Part shown: positions 17,164 to 27,300 of the stretch, one piece after another
Numbering within the stretch: the stretch's first letter is position 1
How the letters are laid out: each line of letters opens with the position of its first letter
Source of the DNA: a virus
Taxonomy: Duplodnaviria > Caudoviricetes
IMG/VR virus record: IMGVR_UViG_3300049191_000119
Location: 1 to 38,182 of that record
Length of the DNA stretch: 38,182 nucleotides
Reading direction: 5' to 3' (one strand)
The notes under the pieces: generated by a model
The model's database searches: none
Seen by the model: the letters and a program-made list of their open reading frames with translations, nothing else
What the model was told of the DNA's origin: nothing
Program-made: the position numbers and the translations under genes

Positions 17164-18393
17164 TCAGGTCGCGCTGTTGCGGTAGCGCTTCACCGCCCCG
17201 CCGACGTCCATGAAGTTGCCGCCCGAGCGAAGGAAGGCGAGGAAACCAACCTGGCCCTTCCGCGCATAGGCGCTGTCGGTGAACCGGAACATCTCGATCG
17301 CCATGGTGTCGCGGATGACGTAGTGGCTGAAATCGCCGAACGCGATCGAATAGGCGTTCGCTGCCATATCGGCCACGTGCTGGTTCACCTTGATCGGATA
17401 GCCGAGCAGCGTGTCGAGCTTGCCATTGTTCGCCAGATCATATCCGGGGAGGAAGATCGGGCGATTCTGGCTGTCCTTCAGCTTCTTCACCACCTTCACC
17501 GAACTGTCGTTCATCATGAAGCGGCAATTGCCACCCTCGCGATAGGCCGGATCGACGCTGTGCTCCAGGTCGATCAAATCGTCGAAGACGACAGTTGCGG
17601 TCTGGCCGGTCGTGCCCGTCTTGCCGGTGCCCGCCGCGACCATCACGCCGGTGGGTTGACCGGAACCAGTGCCGATCGTGTAATGCTTGTTGGTGACGCG
17701 GCCGAGGCGGGTCACCAGGCGAGCACGGACGAACGCTTCGATATCGACGCTGCTATCCTGCAGCAGTTCGATCGGTACGGCGACAGTCTTCGAGCTATAC
17801 TTGTAGACTGGCAGATCCTTGGTGCCGAACGACAGGTCCGCGTCCGCAGCGGTGGCGTTCTGATCGAGGATCTCACCCTCTTCCGAAGTGCCGTCGCTGG
17901 TCGGCCAGTTCATGCCGTTGCCGGAACCCGTCTGCAGAACGGTCGCCATACCGGGCGCGCGCATGCCGCCAAATGCCTTCAATGCATCGAGCACCGTCTG
18001 CGCGACATCGGTCTGGACGGTATAGCCGCCCTCGCTGCCGGTGGTCGTCGACATGGTGTTCTGCACGGCGGCGAGGTGCGCCTGCCATTCATCGGCCGAC
18101 AAGGCATTGTCACCGCCGCGCAGCCACTTGGCGAACAGGCGGCTCGCCTCGCTGTTCTGGTCGCGGCCGACGCGATTGGCGGCATCGATCACGTTGCTGG
18201 TGAGCGCGGTTTCGGCGGCCAACTGGTTCATGCGCTGGTGCCGTTCGATCTTGGCGTCGATATCCTCGATCTCGGCAAGGCCCGCATCATAGGCGGCCTG
18301 GCTGTCGGCGGTCCACGGACCTTCCTTCTTCACCAGATCCTGCAGCGACTTCGCCTTTGCCGCGCGCTGCTCGCGGAGAGCCTGAATGCTCAT
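17164..18393 (-). CDS. Major capsid protein, HK97 fold
   Basis: N-terminal coiled-coil delta domain, EGGYTV, PIELLQDS, GTGSGQPTG, LKDSQNRP, FGDFSHY motifs. Confidence 0.96.
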   Translation of the reverse strand: MSIQALREQRAAKAKSLQDLVKKEGPWTADSQAAYDAGLAEIEDIDAKIERHQRMNQLAAETALTSNVIDAANRVGRDQNSEASRLFAKWLRGGDNALSADEWQAHLAAVQNTMSTTTGSEGGYTVQTDVAQTVLDALKAFGGMRAPGMATVLQTGSGNGMNWPTSDGTSEEGEILDQNATAADADLSFGTKDLPVYKYSSKTVAVPIELLQDSSVDIEAFVRARLVTRLGRVTNKHYTIGTGSGQPTGVMVAAGTGKTGTTGQTATVVFDDLIDLEHSVDPAYREGGNCRFMMNDSSVKVVKKLKDSQNRPIFLPGYDLANNGKLDTLLGYPIKVNQHVADMAANAYSIAFGDFSHYVIRDTMAIEMFRFTDSAYARKGQVGFLAFLRSGGNFMDVGGAVKRYRNSAT

Positions 18394-18411
18394 TTACGCT
18401 TCTCCATCATG

Positions 18412-18434
18412 AAAAAGGGCCGCGAAAGCGGCCC
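18412..18434 (-). terminator. Terminator-like hairpin between protease and capsid genes
   Basis: Minus strand GGGCCGC-TTTC-GCGGCCC-TTTTT just upstream of capsid RBS. Confidence 0.55.
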
Positions 18435-18459
18435 GGGTGGTCTCCCTCGCGCGGCGCGC

Positions 18460-19227
18460 TTAGGCAGATTGGGTCAGCAGATCGACGGCAAGCCGCCGCT
18501 CGCGTGCTGCAATTTCGTCGGGCGCGCTGGGCTCTGGCGCGGGCTCCGGTTCGGGTGCCGGTTCGGGCATCGCGCCCGGGATCTTGTTCACGGGCGGATG
18601 ATCGAAGGCTGACAGGTTCCAGCCACGCTTGCCCGCGTTCGCCGCCTTGCCTCCCTGTTCGGGCAGCACTTCATCGATCAGGCCGAGCGCGAGGGCCTCG
18701 TCGCCGGTGAACCAGCTTTCCTTGTCCATCAGCGCGATCCAGTCGGTTTCGCCCCCGGCCTTTGCGGCGTAGCTGGCCGCAATGCTGGCATCGATCTTGT
18801 CGAGCAGATCGGCCTCGGCACGGAAATCGGCACTGTTGCCGATCATCAGCGTCCAGGCACGATGGATCATCATGAACGCGCCGGGGGCTGCGACGACATG
18901 GTCGCCGCTGATCGCGATGTAGCTGGCGGCACTCGCGGCCAGGCCGTCGATATGACAGGTGACCTTGCCGTCATATTCCCGAATGGCCTGGGCAATCGCA
19001 CGGCCGCCGAACACATCGCCACCGGGACTGTCGATCCGCACCGATACGTCGCCCTCCAGCGCCATCAGCTGCCGGGTGAAGCCTTCGGCGCTCACGCCGC
19101 CCCACCATTGGGCGTCGGCCTCGGAGCCGGCGATATAGTCGTAGAGGTAGATGGTGTTGCCCTCGGCCTTGATCCCCGCGCCGATCTGGGCGTTGCGGGA
19201 ATAGAGGTTAAGCAGCCGGTTTCGCAT
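18460..19227 (-). CDS. ClpP-like prohead maturation protease
   Basis: IDSPGGDVF, GLAASAAS (Ser), MMIHRAW (His), ESWFTGDEALALGLID. Confidence 0.94.
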   Translation of the reverse strand: MRNRLLNLYSRNAQIGAGIKAEGNTIYLYDYIAGSEADAQWWGGVSAEGFTRQLMALEGDVSVRIDSPGGDVFGGRAIAQAIREYDGKVTCHIDGLAASAASYIAISGDHVVAAPGAFMMIHRAWTLMIGNSADFRAEADLLDKIDASIAASYAAKAGGETDWIALMDKESWFTGDEALALGLIDEVLPEQGGKAANAGKRGWNLSAFDHPPVNKIPGAMPEPAPEPEPAPEPSAPDEIAARERRLAVDLLTQSA

Positions 19228-20491
19228 TGGCGGTTTCCTCGAAGCTGTCGCCGCCAGGAGTGCGGCCATAGTTGATCAGGCGCCGGACTTCGTCCCGCGT
19301 CAGGATCGGCTTTTCTCCCGCGCGGCCGAGCGCCGAACGGAAGGTCTCGAACAAGGTTTTCAGGTCGGCGCGCTCCAGCTCGAACGTGTCGAACTCGGCG
19401 AGCCGTGAGGCCGTGCGGAAGAATTTCCGGTTGATCTCATTCTGGAAGGCGTTGAGGTGGCGGCGCAGAACGTAGCGCACGAAGGCCGTGCCCATCTCCG
19501 CGACGCCGGAGCCCCAGCTGGTCGTCTTTTCATTGTGGCCGATCATGAAGGGCGGCACGTTGTAGATGCGCGCGATCTCCTCGATCTGCAGTTGCCGCGT
19601 GACCGCGAGCTCTGCATCCTTGTTCGGGAGCGTGATCGTCTTGATGTCGAGGCCGCCGGTCAGCAGCATCGGCTTGCTGGCCTGCCCATTGCGTAGGGCG
19701 TGCCGCTCCTCGACCTGGTTGCGCAGATCCTCGATCTTTTCCTTGTCGAACTTCGCTTCGACCGGGGCGACCAGCGCATAATCGGGGCGGGCCTGGTTGG
19801 CGAAAAACTGCCCGGCATAATTTTGGGCAGCCAGCGCGACGCCGCCGACATTTTGCAGGGCGTGCCGCAGCGGAGAGAAAGAGCGCGTGCCGTTAAAGCC
19901 AAGGCCGGGCACATGCAGCATGTCATCCTGGTCGATGACGCGAATGGTTTGGTCGGCCAGATCCGGCTCGGGATAGACGACATAGGCAAGGCGGCTGCCG
20001 TCCTTCCACGGCACCGGCTCCACCCGACGCGGATGCAGCGGCACCAGCCCGCAGACAGTGGGGCCCTTGCGCAGAATCTCGGCGTAAGCGTCACCCTCAA
20101 ACAGGCGCGACAGCACCAGCCATTCCCACCCTGCTGAGGCGACCCAACGTGGGCAGAACTCTTCGTTCAGCACCCACCACAGGTCATCGCTCTCGCGGAT
20201 CGTGCGCTCGCCATCCTTCGACCGATTGTAGAGGTTCATCGGCAATGTAGAGATGGCACCGGCGATCAGCGAGACGCAGGACCAGATCGCGCTGATCGTC
20301 AGTGCGCTCCGGTCGGTAACGACGGGCAAACCGGCGACCGCTGGGACGCCGGTGAACCATTCGTAGGCTTCCGTGCCGCGACGGATCGTCGGCAGCGAGA
20401 CTTCGGCCGAGTTGCTGATCGGCGCGCCGGAATCCGCCTGTGCGGCATCCGTCCCGATCAGCCAGCGGCCGACCTTTTCACGAAGGCTCAT
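19208..20491 (-). CDS. Portal protein, HK97 family
   Basis: SAIWSCVSLIAGAISTLP, GDAYAEI, MLHV, EEIARIYNVPPFMIG, TRDEVR. Confidence 0.95.
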   Translation of the reverse strand: MSLREKVGRWLIGTDAAQADSGAPISNSAEVSLPTIRRGTEAYEWFTGVPAVAGLPVVTDRSALTISAIWSCVSLIAGAISTLPMNLYNRSKDGERTIRESDDLWWVLNEEFCPRWVASAGWEWLVLSRLFEGDAYAEILRKGPTVCGLVPLHPRRVEPVPWKDGSRLAYVVYPEPDLADQTIRVIDQDDMLHVPGLGFNGTRSFSPLRHALQNVGGVALAAQNYAGQFFANQARPDYALVAPVEAKFDKEKIEDLRNQVEERHALRNGQASKPMLLTGGLDIKTITLPNKDAELAVTRQLQIEEIARIYNVPPFMIGHNEKTTSWGSGVAEMGTAFVRYVLRRHLNAFQNEINRKFFRTASRLAEFDTFELERADLKTLFETFRSALGRAGEKPILTRDEVRRLINYGRTPGGDSFEETANAKPAA

Positions 20492-22227
20492 AGGTTGTAG
20501 ATCTCCGGTTTCGGTGCGTCGTCCTCGGGGGCCATTGCCACCGCTTTCGCCATCACCGCCGCGACGATGCCGTCGATCTTGTCCTTCGACCGCTTCTTCG
20601 CAGGCATGTAGTTCAGGTTCTCATCAAACCGGACCATGGTGTTCCGCGCCATATAGCGCAGCAGGGGATGCCCCCCATGATCCAGCGTTTCGGCATAGAC
20701 ATGCCGCTCGAATTCCTTGGTCGGTTCGCCCAGCGAATGGATGCCCTGGCGAACCTGAAGGAGCAGATCGGTGTCGATCCCTTCCTTCTGCATATCGGTC
20801 ACCAGCTTGACGCCGCCCCACGGGTCATAGCCGATGCGCTGCACATCAAAGCTGTTCATGCCAGATTCGACCGCGCGCAGGACATAATCCTGATCGACGA
20901 TGTCACCCGGCGTCACCTCCAGCGCACCGGCCTCCTTCCAGCGGTCGAAGGGCACCTTCGTTTCCTTCACCCGCTGGGCGAGCGACGACTCGGGAACCCA
21001 GAAGCGGCACAGCAGATGCCAGAGCGGATCGCCCGCGATCGGCGGGAACAGCCACACCAGCGCGGTGATGTCGCGCACCGATGACAAGTCCCACGCGCCG
21101 AAGCAGCGGCGGCCCGCCATGCGCTCGGCCATCGTCAGCCAGCCATTCGTGCCGACCTGGCATTTGTCCCACTTGGACATGTTGAGCCAGAGGGCCTGGT
21201 CATCGACCCACTGGTTCAAATGGTAACAGCGGAAATGCGCTTCCTTGACCGGGTTGCCCTTCGCAAGGCGCGCTTCGCCGCGCAGAAACTGCAACGTCGG
21301 CGACAGGCCGAGCGACGGGTTCGCCGATCGCCAGACCGCCTCATCTTCCCAATTCGCGTCATCCGGCGCGGCGAAGATGACAACCAGCGTCGAGGGGTCG
21401 TCAATCGTCCCGTCGAGGATCTGCTCGCTTTCTTCCCAGATCTCCACGCCGGTCTGGTTCGTCTTCAGGCCAGCGGTGGACGCGAACAGCGCAATCGGCT
21501 GCAGGCGAGCACCTTGGCCCTGTCGCAGATCGTTCTCGATCTTGCGGCTTTTCCACTCGTGCATTTCGTCGCCAAGCGTCACGCTGGGCGACTTGCCATG
21601 CTTCCCCTGGTCGCTGCCCGTCAGCACCACGAAGGACGACGACAGCGGCTTCAGCCACATGTGGCTGCTCTGGACCTGAATGTCCCGCGCCAGCACTTCG
21701 CTATGCGCCACCATCGCCTTCATCTTGGCGAACGGGATTTCCGCCTGGTCCTCGTCGCGGGCGAAGGCATAGCCTTGTCCGCCTTGCAGCCCCTCGACCG
21801 CCCAGAACATGAGGGCGAGCGCGGCCAGGAATTCCGACTTGCCGTTTTTGCGCGGGATCCAGAGGCGCAGGATCTGGAAGATGCGCACATGCTCTTCCAC
21901 TTCCGCGCCCGTCATCGGATCGATGATCTGGATCGGATGTTTCCACCCGAACAGCAGGCGGACAATGATCTCCTGCCACAGGTTGAGGCGGAACGGGACG
22001 CCTGCGAAGCGATCGTCCGTCAGCCGGAAAATCTGCGGCCATAGCTCGACGACATGGTCGGCCTTGGCATGGTCGAACCATGCACCGGGCTGGCCCGCCG
22101 CTTTCTTCCACGCGCCGATCGCCCAGGCATAGGCCGGGTCGCTCTCGACCGACGCGAGCCAGGGCGGCAGCGGATCTCCTTCCCGCCACCAGGGCGACAG
22201 CGTTGCCGCTGCCGACTGGTCGTCCAT
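20488..22227 (-). CDS. terL: Terminase large subunit
   Basis: Walker A PRKNGKS, Walker B DEMHE, STAG coupling motif, nuclease WDLSSVRD and KIDGIVA; start MDDQ at 22227. Confidence 0.96.
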   Translation of the reverse strand: MDDQSAAATLSPWWREGDPLPPWLASVESDPAYAWAIGAWKKAAGQPGAWFDHAKADHVVELWPQIFRLTDDRFAGVPFRLNLWQEIIVRLLFGWKHPIQIIDPMTGAEVEEHVRIFQILRLWIPRKNGKSEFLAALALMFWAVEGLQGGQGYAFARDEDQAEIPFAKMKAMVAHSEVLARDIQVQSSHMWLKPLSSSFVVLTGSDQGKHGKSPSVTLGDEMHEWKSRKIENDLRQGQGARLQPIALFASTAGLKTNQTGVEIWEESEQILDGTIDDPSTLVVIFAAPDDANWEDEAVWRSANPSLGLSPTLQFLRGEARLAKGNPVKEAHFRCYHLNQWVDDQALWLNMSKWDKCQVGTNGWLTMAERMAGRRCFGAWDLSSVRDITALVWLFPPIAGDPLWHLLCRFWVPESSLAQRVKETKVPFDRWKEAGALEVTPGDIVDQDYVLRAVESGMNSFDVQRIGYDPWGGVKLVTDMQKEGIDTDLLLQVRQGIHSLGEPTKEFERHVYAETLDHGGHPLLRYMARNTMVRFDENLNYMPAKKRSKDKIDGIVAAVMAKAVAMAPEDDAPKPEIYNL

Positions 22228-22228
22228 A

Positions 22229-22876
22229 TCAGTTTGGCCGCTGTCCCGGGGGCGGTGTGTCCATGCCGCCCAGCATGCCGACCCGAGGGCCGACATCAGC
22301 TGCGGGCTCCCGCGTTTCCTCTTCCTGCTCAGCCTTACGCTGGGCAGGGACAACCAGCGCCCCGCCGAACAGGCCCGGGTTGGTTGCCGCAGCGCCAGCC
22401 TGATTCTTGAACAGGTCATATTCGTCGTGCGGCGTGAGCCCGAACTGCTTTGACAGCGACATCACGTTGTCGAAGCATTCCTGCCTGCGACGCACGGCGG
22501 GGTGGTCGCGGATCATGAAGCCGCCCGCGACTGTCTTCACGCGCTGCGTCATGCCTTCCTGCTTCAGCTGATCGTTCAGCGAAACCCAATCGGCATAATA
22601 GACGCAGAACATGGCGAAGATCATGCGGTGCTGCTCGGGCAGGCGATGCGTGCGCGCCAGGCGCGGCGCCATCTCCCGCCAGACCGCTACCGCGCCAGAA
22701 TAGAGCGGGCCCTGGTCGATCATCGCGGGCGGCTGCAGCACGTCGCCCGACGTGGACGCCATCAGCAGCTGCGCCACGCGTTCGGCTTCCTCTTCACGCT
22801 TGCGCGTTGCCGACTTGCGCCGATTGGGGAAGCCCTTCGCTTCCTGATCGGGGTCGGGCCTACGTCCACGCGCCAT
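22229..22876 (-). CDS. terS: Terminase small subunit, P27 family
   Basis: MARGRRP, HPAV, FGLTP motifs; GAGGAG RBS; upstream of terL. Confidence 0.9.
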   Translation of the reverse strand: MARGRRPDPDQEAKGFPNRRKSATRKREEEAERVAQLLMASTSGDVLQPPAMIDQGPLYSGAVAVWREMAPRLARTHRLPEQHRMIFAMFCVYYADWVSLNDQLKQEGMTQRVKTVAGGFMIRDHPAVRRRQECFDNVMSLSKQFGLTPHDEYDLFKNQAGAAATNPGLFGGALVVPAQRKAEQEEETREPAADVGPRVGMLGGMDTPPPGQRPN

Positions 22877-23052
22877 ACAAAATCACTCCTCGGCCGACCG
22901 TCGCGCGGCCCACCTCCTTCGCCAAATCGCGCCCGAATGCAGCGCCTTAAAAAAATATCTGGCGCAGAATTTCGCGCCGATTTTTCCGTGTCTGGACCGC
23001 CGGTCATGGGGCCGGGATCGCTAGACTTTGACCACCCCCCCCTCGGGGCGGG
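22877..23052. other. Candidate cos (packaging) region
   Basis: Non-coding gap between HNH and terS with G-run (GGGGGGGTGGTCAAAGTC on minus strand) and A/T tracts; usual cos position in HK97-like phages; exact cut site not determined. Confidence 0.5.
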
Positions 23053-23424
23053 TCAGGTCAGGGGCTCGCGACCGAGGCGGCGGGCGAGCGCGTCGATCGC
23101 GGCCTTGCCCGCAGCCTCGACGGCCTGCTTCATCCCCGAATGGCATGAGGCGCAGCTGGCGACCCACCACTCGACCCGCCAGAACACACCGTCATAGGTG
23201 CGGTGCGGGTAGAGGTGGTCAACCAGCGTGGACGGTTCCACCCGATCCTCCAGCGAGCAATACTCGCAGAGCGGATGCCCCCGCCGGAACGTCGCTGCTG
23301 CCTTCGACCATCGGCTTGTATAGCCGCGTGAGGCCGTCGAGCCGCGCCTGTCGTCCGCCTCCTTGCGGGACTGCGCCTGCGATCGTGCGCCCGCTGGTCG
23401 TAACCGCTTTGGCATGGTCGGCAT
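23053..23424 (-). CDS. HNH endonuclease (terminase accessory, HK97 gp74-like)
   Basis: RGY..RW, HPLCEYC, VDHLYPH, CASCHS. Confidence 0.9.
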   Translation of the reverse strand: MPTMPKRLRPAGARSQAQSRKEADDRRGSTASRGYTSRWSKAAATFRRGHPLCEYCSLEDRVEPSTLVDHLYPHRTYDGVFWRVEWWVASCASCHSGMKQAVEAAGKAAIDALARRLGREPLT

Positions 23425-23434
23425 GGCGTCACCC

Positions 23435-23473
23435 AAAGAGAAGCAGGGCCGATGTTGCCACCAGCCCCGCTTC
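23435..23473 (-). terminator. Long hairpin with GCAA loop and U-rich tail in the late leader
   Basis: Minus strand GAAGCGGGGCTGGTG-GCAA-CATCGGCCCTGCTTC-TCTTT. Confidence 0.62.
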
Positions 23474-23640
23474 AGTCATCCAAGGAGAGGAATGCTTGGC
23501 TCCCCCCAATCGCACGACTGGACCAAGCATATATTTGAAATAGGGTCATTCACTGCGGAAACGGACACCCATTATTTACTCCGGAATAATTCCGGGGGTT
23601 GACACATTCCGCAACCGGAAATGCTGGCTTTCGTCGCGCA

Positions 23641-24108
23641 TCAGAGCAGATCGTGCGACGAACCGTTGCGGTTGAGGCGCACCGCAATGCCGGTGATGGC
23701 CCTCGAATAGCGCTTCCGCAGCGCCTCCGCGCCCACCATGACACCCTCCGATTCGGCAACGTCCCGCCAATCGAAACCGACCTTGCGCGAGCGCAGGCGC
23801 AGCACCGTGGCGATCAGCGACCGATCGCGCGGCACCACCCACTCGATCCATGCGCCGTCGCCCGTGAGGAGCCGCTCGACCAGATCAACCTGGGCAGAGC
23901 GCAGGCCGGGGCGACCGGGCCGCGTCTCCATCCAGTCGCCCTTGCGCACATCACGGATGACGGCAGGCATGGAGGAACGCGAGCAGGAGCGCAGCCACGC
24001 CGCCTCACCATCAGGCATCCGCACCAGATAGCCCCACGCCTCCACCAAGCGCTCCTGCACCGCCTCAAACGTCCAATATTGCGAACCTTCCACTGCCGGA
24101 ACCGTCAT
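23641..24108 (-). CDS. Putative late transcription regulator with C-terminal HTH (Q-position gene)
   Basis: WTFEAVQERLVEAW..L.RMPD N-terminus; HTH-like DWRDVA...EALRKRYSRAI; last gene before packaging genes. Confidence 0.65.
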   Translation of the reverse strand: MTVPAVEGSQYWTFEAVQERLVEAWGYLVRMPDGEAAWLRSCSRSSMPAVIRDVRKGDWMETRPGRPGLRSAQVDLVERLLTGDGAWIEWVVPRDRSLIATVLRLRSRKVGFDWRDVAESEGVMVGAEALRKRYSRAITGIAVRLNRNGSSHDLL

Positions 24109-24329
24109 GCTCTCACCCTTCCACTACCCAACTCTATGAAAAGCCTATCTAAATTCTTGTATTTGGAAGGATTGGAAGGATTGGAATGATTATTGTATAT
24201 TTTCATCACGCATGCGCCCGCGCACACGCGCATATGTGAAGGAAACATGCGGACAATCATTCCAACCCTTCCAATGGCGCAGAAATCCGCGCTTTCTTCC
24301 TTCCAGTGATGCTTCCGCCACCCTTCCAA
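24086..24329. repeat. Iteron array / putative replication origin
   Basis: TTGGAAGGA x2 + TTGGAATGA at 24163-24189; inverted copies at 24257-24274, 24298-24306, 24321-24329, 24116-24124, 24086-24094; AT-rich flanks; directly downstream of primase-helicase. Confidence 0.78.
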
Positions 24330-24364
24330 CCCGGAAGCATTCGAGCCTGTCGCGCCGCCGCCGC

Positions 24365-27300
24365 TCAGAAGTCGGGCACGAAGTCGTCGTCATAGGGCGG
24401 GGGCGCAGGCGGCATGTCGGGCGCGGCAGTGGGCGCGCTGGCGGCCTCGTCGGGCAGCGTAGGCACCACATCGCGAACCTTGCCGTTCTCATCCACGAAG
24501 TCGCTCACCTCGCGCACCAGGCGGATGCCGAGCCATTGCATCCCGTCGCTGGCCTTCTTCTGATAGCCTTTGTCGAGCATCGCCTTGGCGAGGCCCTTAT
24601 TCGACCAGTCGCGTTCGCCTGCCGCCTTGCCCCAGGCCAGGAAGACCTCATGCAGCTTCGATGATTGGATGCGTCCCTGCGGATCCGGCACGGTGCAGAG
24701 CTTGAGGAAGCGGCCGAGCGGGTCGCTGGCCTCCCGATATTCGGCCGTGGCGTCCTTCACCGCCTGCGGCTCGATCAGCCCGTTATCGAGCCAGTCCAGC
24801 AGGCCGCGCACGATATGGTTGAGCACGCCGGCAGCCTCAGCCCGCAGCTTCGCAGGCAGCTGCTCGTCACGATCGCCGTCGGCGACATGCGCGTTCCACG
24901 GCACCAGCTTCATGCGCCGCCAGATGCCTTCGTCCGTGCCGGGAATATCCGGCTTGTAGTTGCCGCCGATCGTCAGCTTGAACAGCGGCATCAGGTCGAA
25001 GAACCCGCGATGCAGGGCGCGCACCGCCATCGGTTCCCCGCCCGTCGCCGCCTTGATCAGCGCTTCATTGAGCTTCGCCCCGCGCTCCGGCTCTGACGCG
25101 CGCAGCATGCGGACACCGCCAAGGCGCGCAAGATCCGGCGATGCCTGTTCGCCGCGCTTTTTGATGCCCTGGTCGAGGAAGGTCTCGATCCCGATCGTGC
25201 CGCTATAGTCGCCGACCACATGGGCCCACAGGTCGATCGCGGTCGACTTGCCGTTCGCCCCAAGACCATACCAGAAATGCAGCTTCTGCTCCGATATGTC
25301 GCCGCTGGCGCTATATCCGGCCCACTGGTGGAGATAGCGGCGCATGCCGGCATCAGGCTGGGCCCATGCCAGGAAGTCGTCATAGATCGGGCTGGTTGCG
25401 GCCGCGTCATAGGTGACGGGCGCAAGCTTGGTGTTCAGATCCTCGCGCCGGTGAGGCTCGAGCGTGACGGTCGAACCATTTTCCTTGTCGCGCCGGAAGC
25501 GCAGCGTGCCGTTCAGCACGTTGATGGCGAGCGGATCTCGATCGAAGTCCTCGATCGGCGCGGTCACCCACCGTTTGGCGAGACCGGCGATGCATCCGAT
25601 CCGACCCGATCCTTCCGACGCGCGGCCCCATTTGACGATCAGCTCGGACAGAATGACCGGGCCGCTCTTCCAGTCGGTTATCCGGTTCATCGCGCCGATG
25701 CGCTTCCCGCTGTCGCGATGATAGTGCCATTGCGTCGCCAGCATGATCGGTGGCTTTTCATCCTCCGGCAGCGGTTCGTCAGGCTCGACAAAGCCCGTCG
25801 CAGACACGAAATCCGCCTCCCGCTGGATCGACCGCACCGTGTCGAACACGGCCGCCTGCACTTCCGCCGGCAGCGTATCCTTGTCCTGGTCGAGCACCTT
25901 CCAGCGACGGCCGTCCCAGCCCAGCCAACCCTTTGCCGTAGTGAAACGGAAGCTGCCGCCATAGCGGGCGTTGAACCGCTCGGCATTGCCGAGATCCGTG
26001 CGCTGGAATCCGGCACACCGCATGTCGAGCAGCATGGGCGCGATATCGAAGCCCTTGGCGACGCCAGCGGCGAAGCTGCGCTCGATATCGTCGGCCGAGA
26101 CACCCTCGACACCATCGGCCACTTCGTCGATCGCGTCGTCGGCCATGTCCTGGTCGATCAGGCCCGCGCCCACGCGCCGACCCATGCCCCAGGCGAACAG
26201 TGTGACGCCATCCTTCGTCCGCTCGGCCGAAGCGACAAGCGCCGCCAGCCGCTTCACCGCCACCGCCTTCAGCCGGTCCTGCACTTCCTCCGTCTGGTCG
26301 GAGAATTTCGCCTCCATGGTTCCACCCGGAAGCTTTTGATCCTCAACCACCCACCGGGGGGCCGGGGGGAACTCGGCGTTGAACAGGCCGCGCCAATAGG
26401 ACTGGTACTGCAGCCGCGTCTCTTCGTGCCCGACGCTCGCCGCCAGGTCGGCCAGTTGCTGCCAGATCGCTGCCCTTCCTTCCGGCGTGTCGCGTGTCCC
26501 GGCTGCCAGCACGGCCGTCCACACGTAGCTGGAGAGCGACAGCGCGCGATCGACCAGATCATCGACCGCCTCCCGGCCGCACTCGCGCACCAGGCTGTCA
26601 GGATCATAGCCATCCGGAAGGGTTGCGATCTTCAGCGACCGGCCCGGGCCGACCATGGGCAGCGCGCGGATGCAGGCACGGGAAGCCGCCTTGCGACCGG
26701 CCTCATCGCCATCCATCAGCAGGACCGGGCATTCCGTCACGCGCCATGCGCGCTCCAGCTGCTCGGGCGTGATGGCCGTGCCCATCGGCGCGACCGCTTC
26801 GCCGATCCCGGCCTGGTCGAGCGCGATCGCGTCGAAATAACCCTCGACCACAAGCAGGCGACGAGCGACCCGGGCCGCCGGCGCAGCGCGGTGGAGGTTG
26901 AACAGCACGCGGCCCTTGTCGAAATGCTCCGACTGGTCGCTGTTAAGATATTTGGGCTGCGCTTCGCCAAAGGCGCGCCCGCCGAAGCCGATCGGCCGAC
27001 CGCGCGCATCGTGAATCGGAACGATGAGGCGGTGCCGGAAGCGATCGCGACGGCCATTGTCGGTCTCGACGACCAGGCCCGCCGCCATCAGCTGGTCGGC
27101 CGCGATGCCGATCGCCGATACGCCGCCGCGCATGGGAGCGAAGCCCAGGCCGAACCGCTCGATCGACGCGGGCGTGATGCCGCGCGCGGCCAACGCTTCC
27201 ATGGCCATGCCGATCGGCTCCAGCTGGCGCGCATACCATGCCGCCGCTTCTTCCAGGACTTCGCCGACATGCTCGGCACGGCGAGCGCGTTCTGCCTGCT

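Noticed and set aside
13973-22876. Gene transfer agent cluster
   Set aside because: Some tail genes are GTA-like, but HNH/P27 terminase, replication module, cI/cro switch and lysis cassette indicate a true temperate phage
24163-24329. CRISPR array or coding repeat (74-aa ORF 24105-24329)
   Set aside because: Units are 9 bp, in both orientations, without unique spacers or cas genes; better explained as iterons
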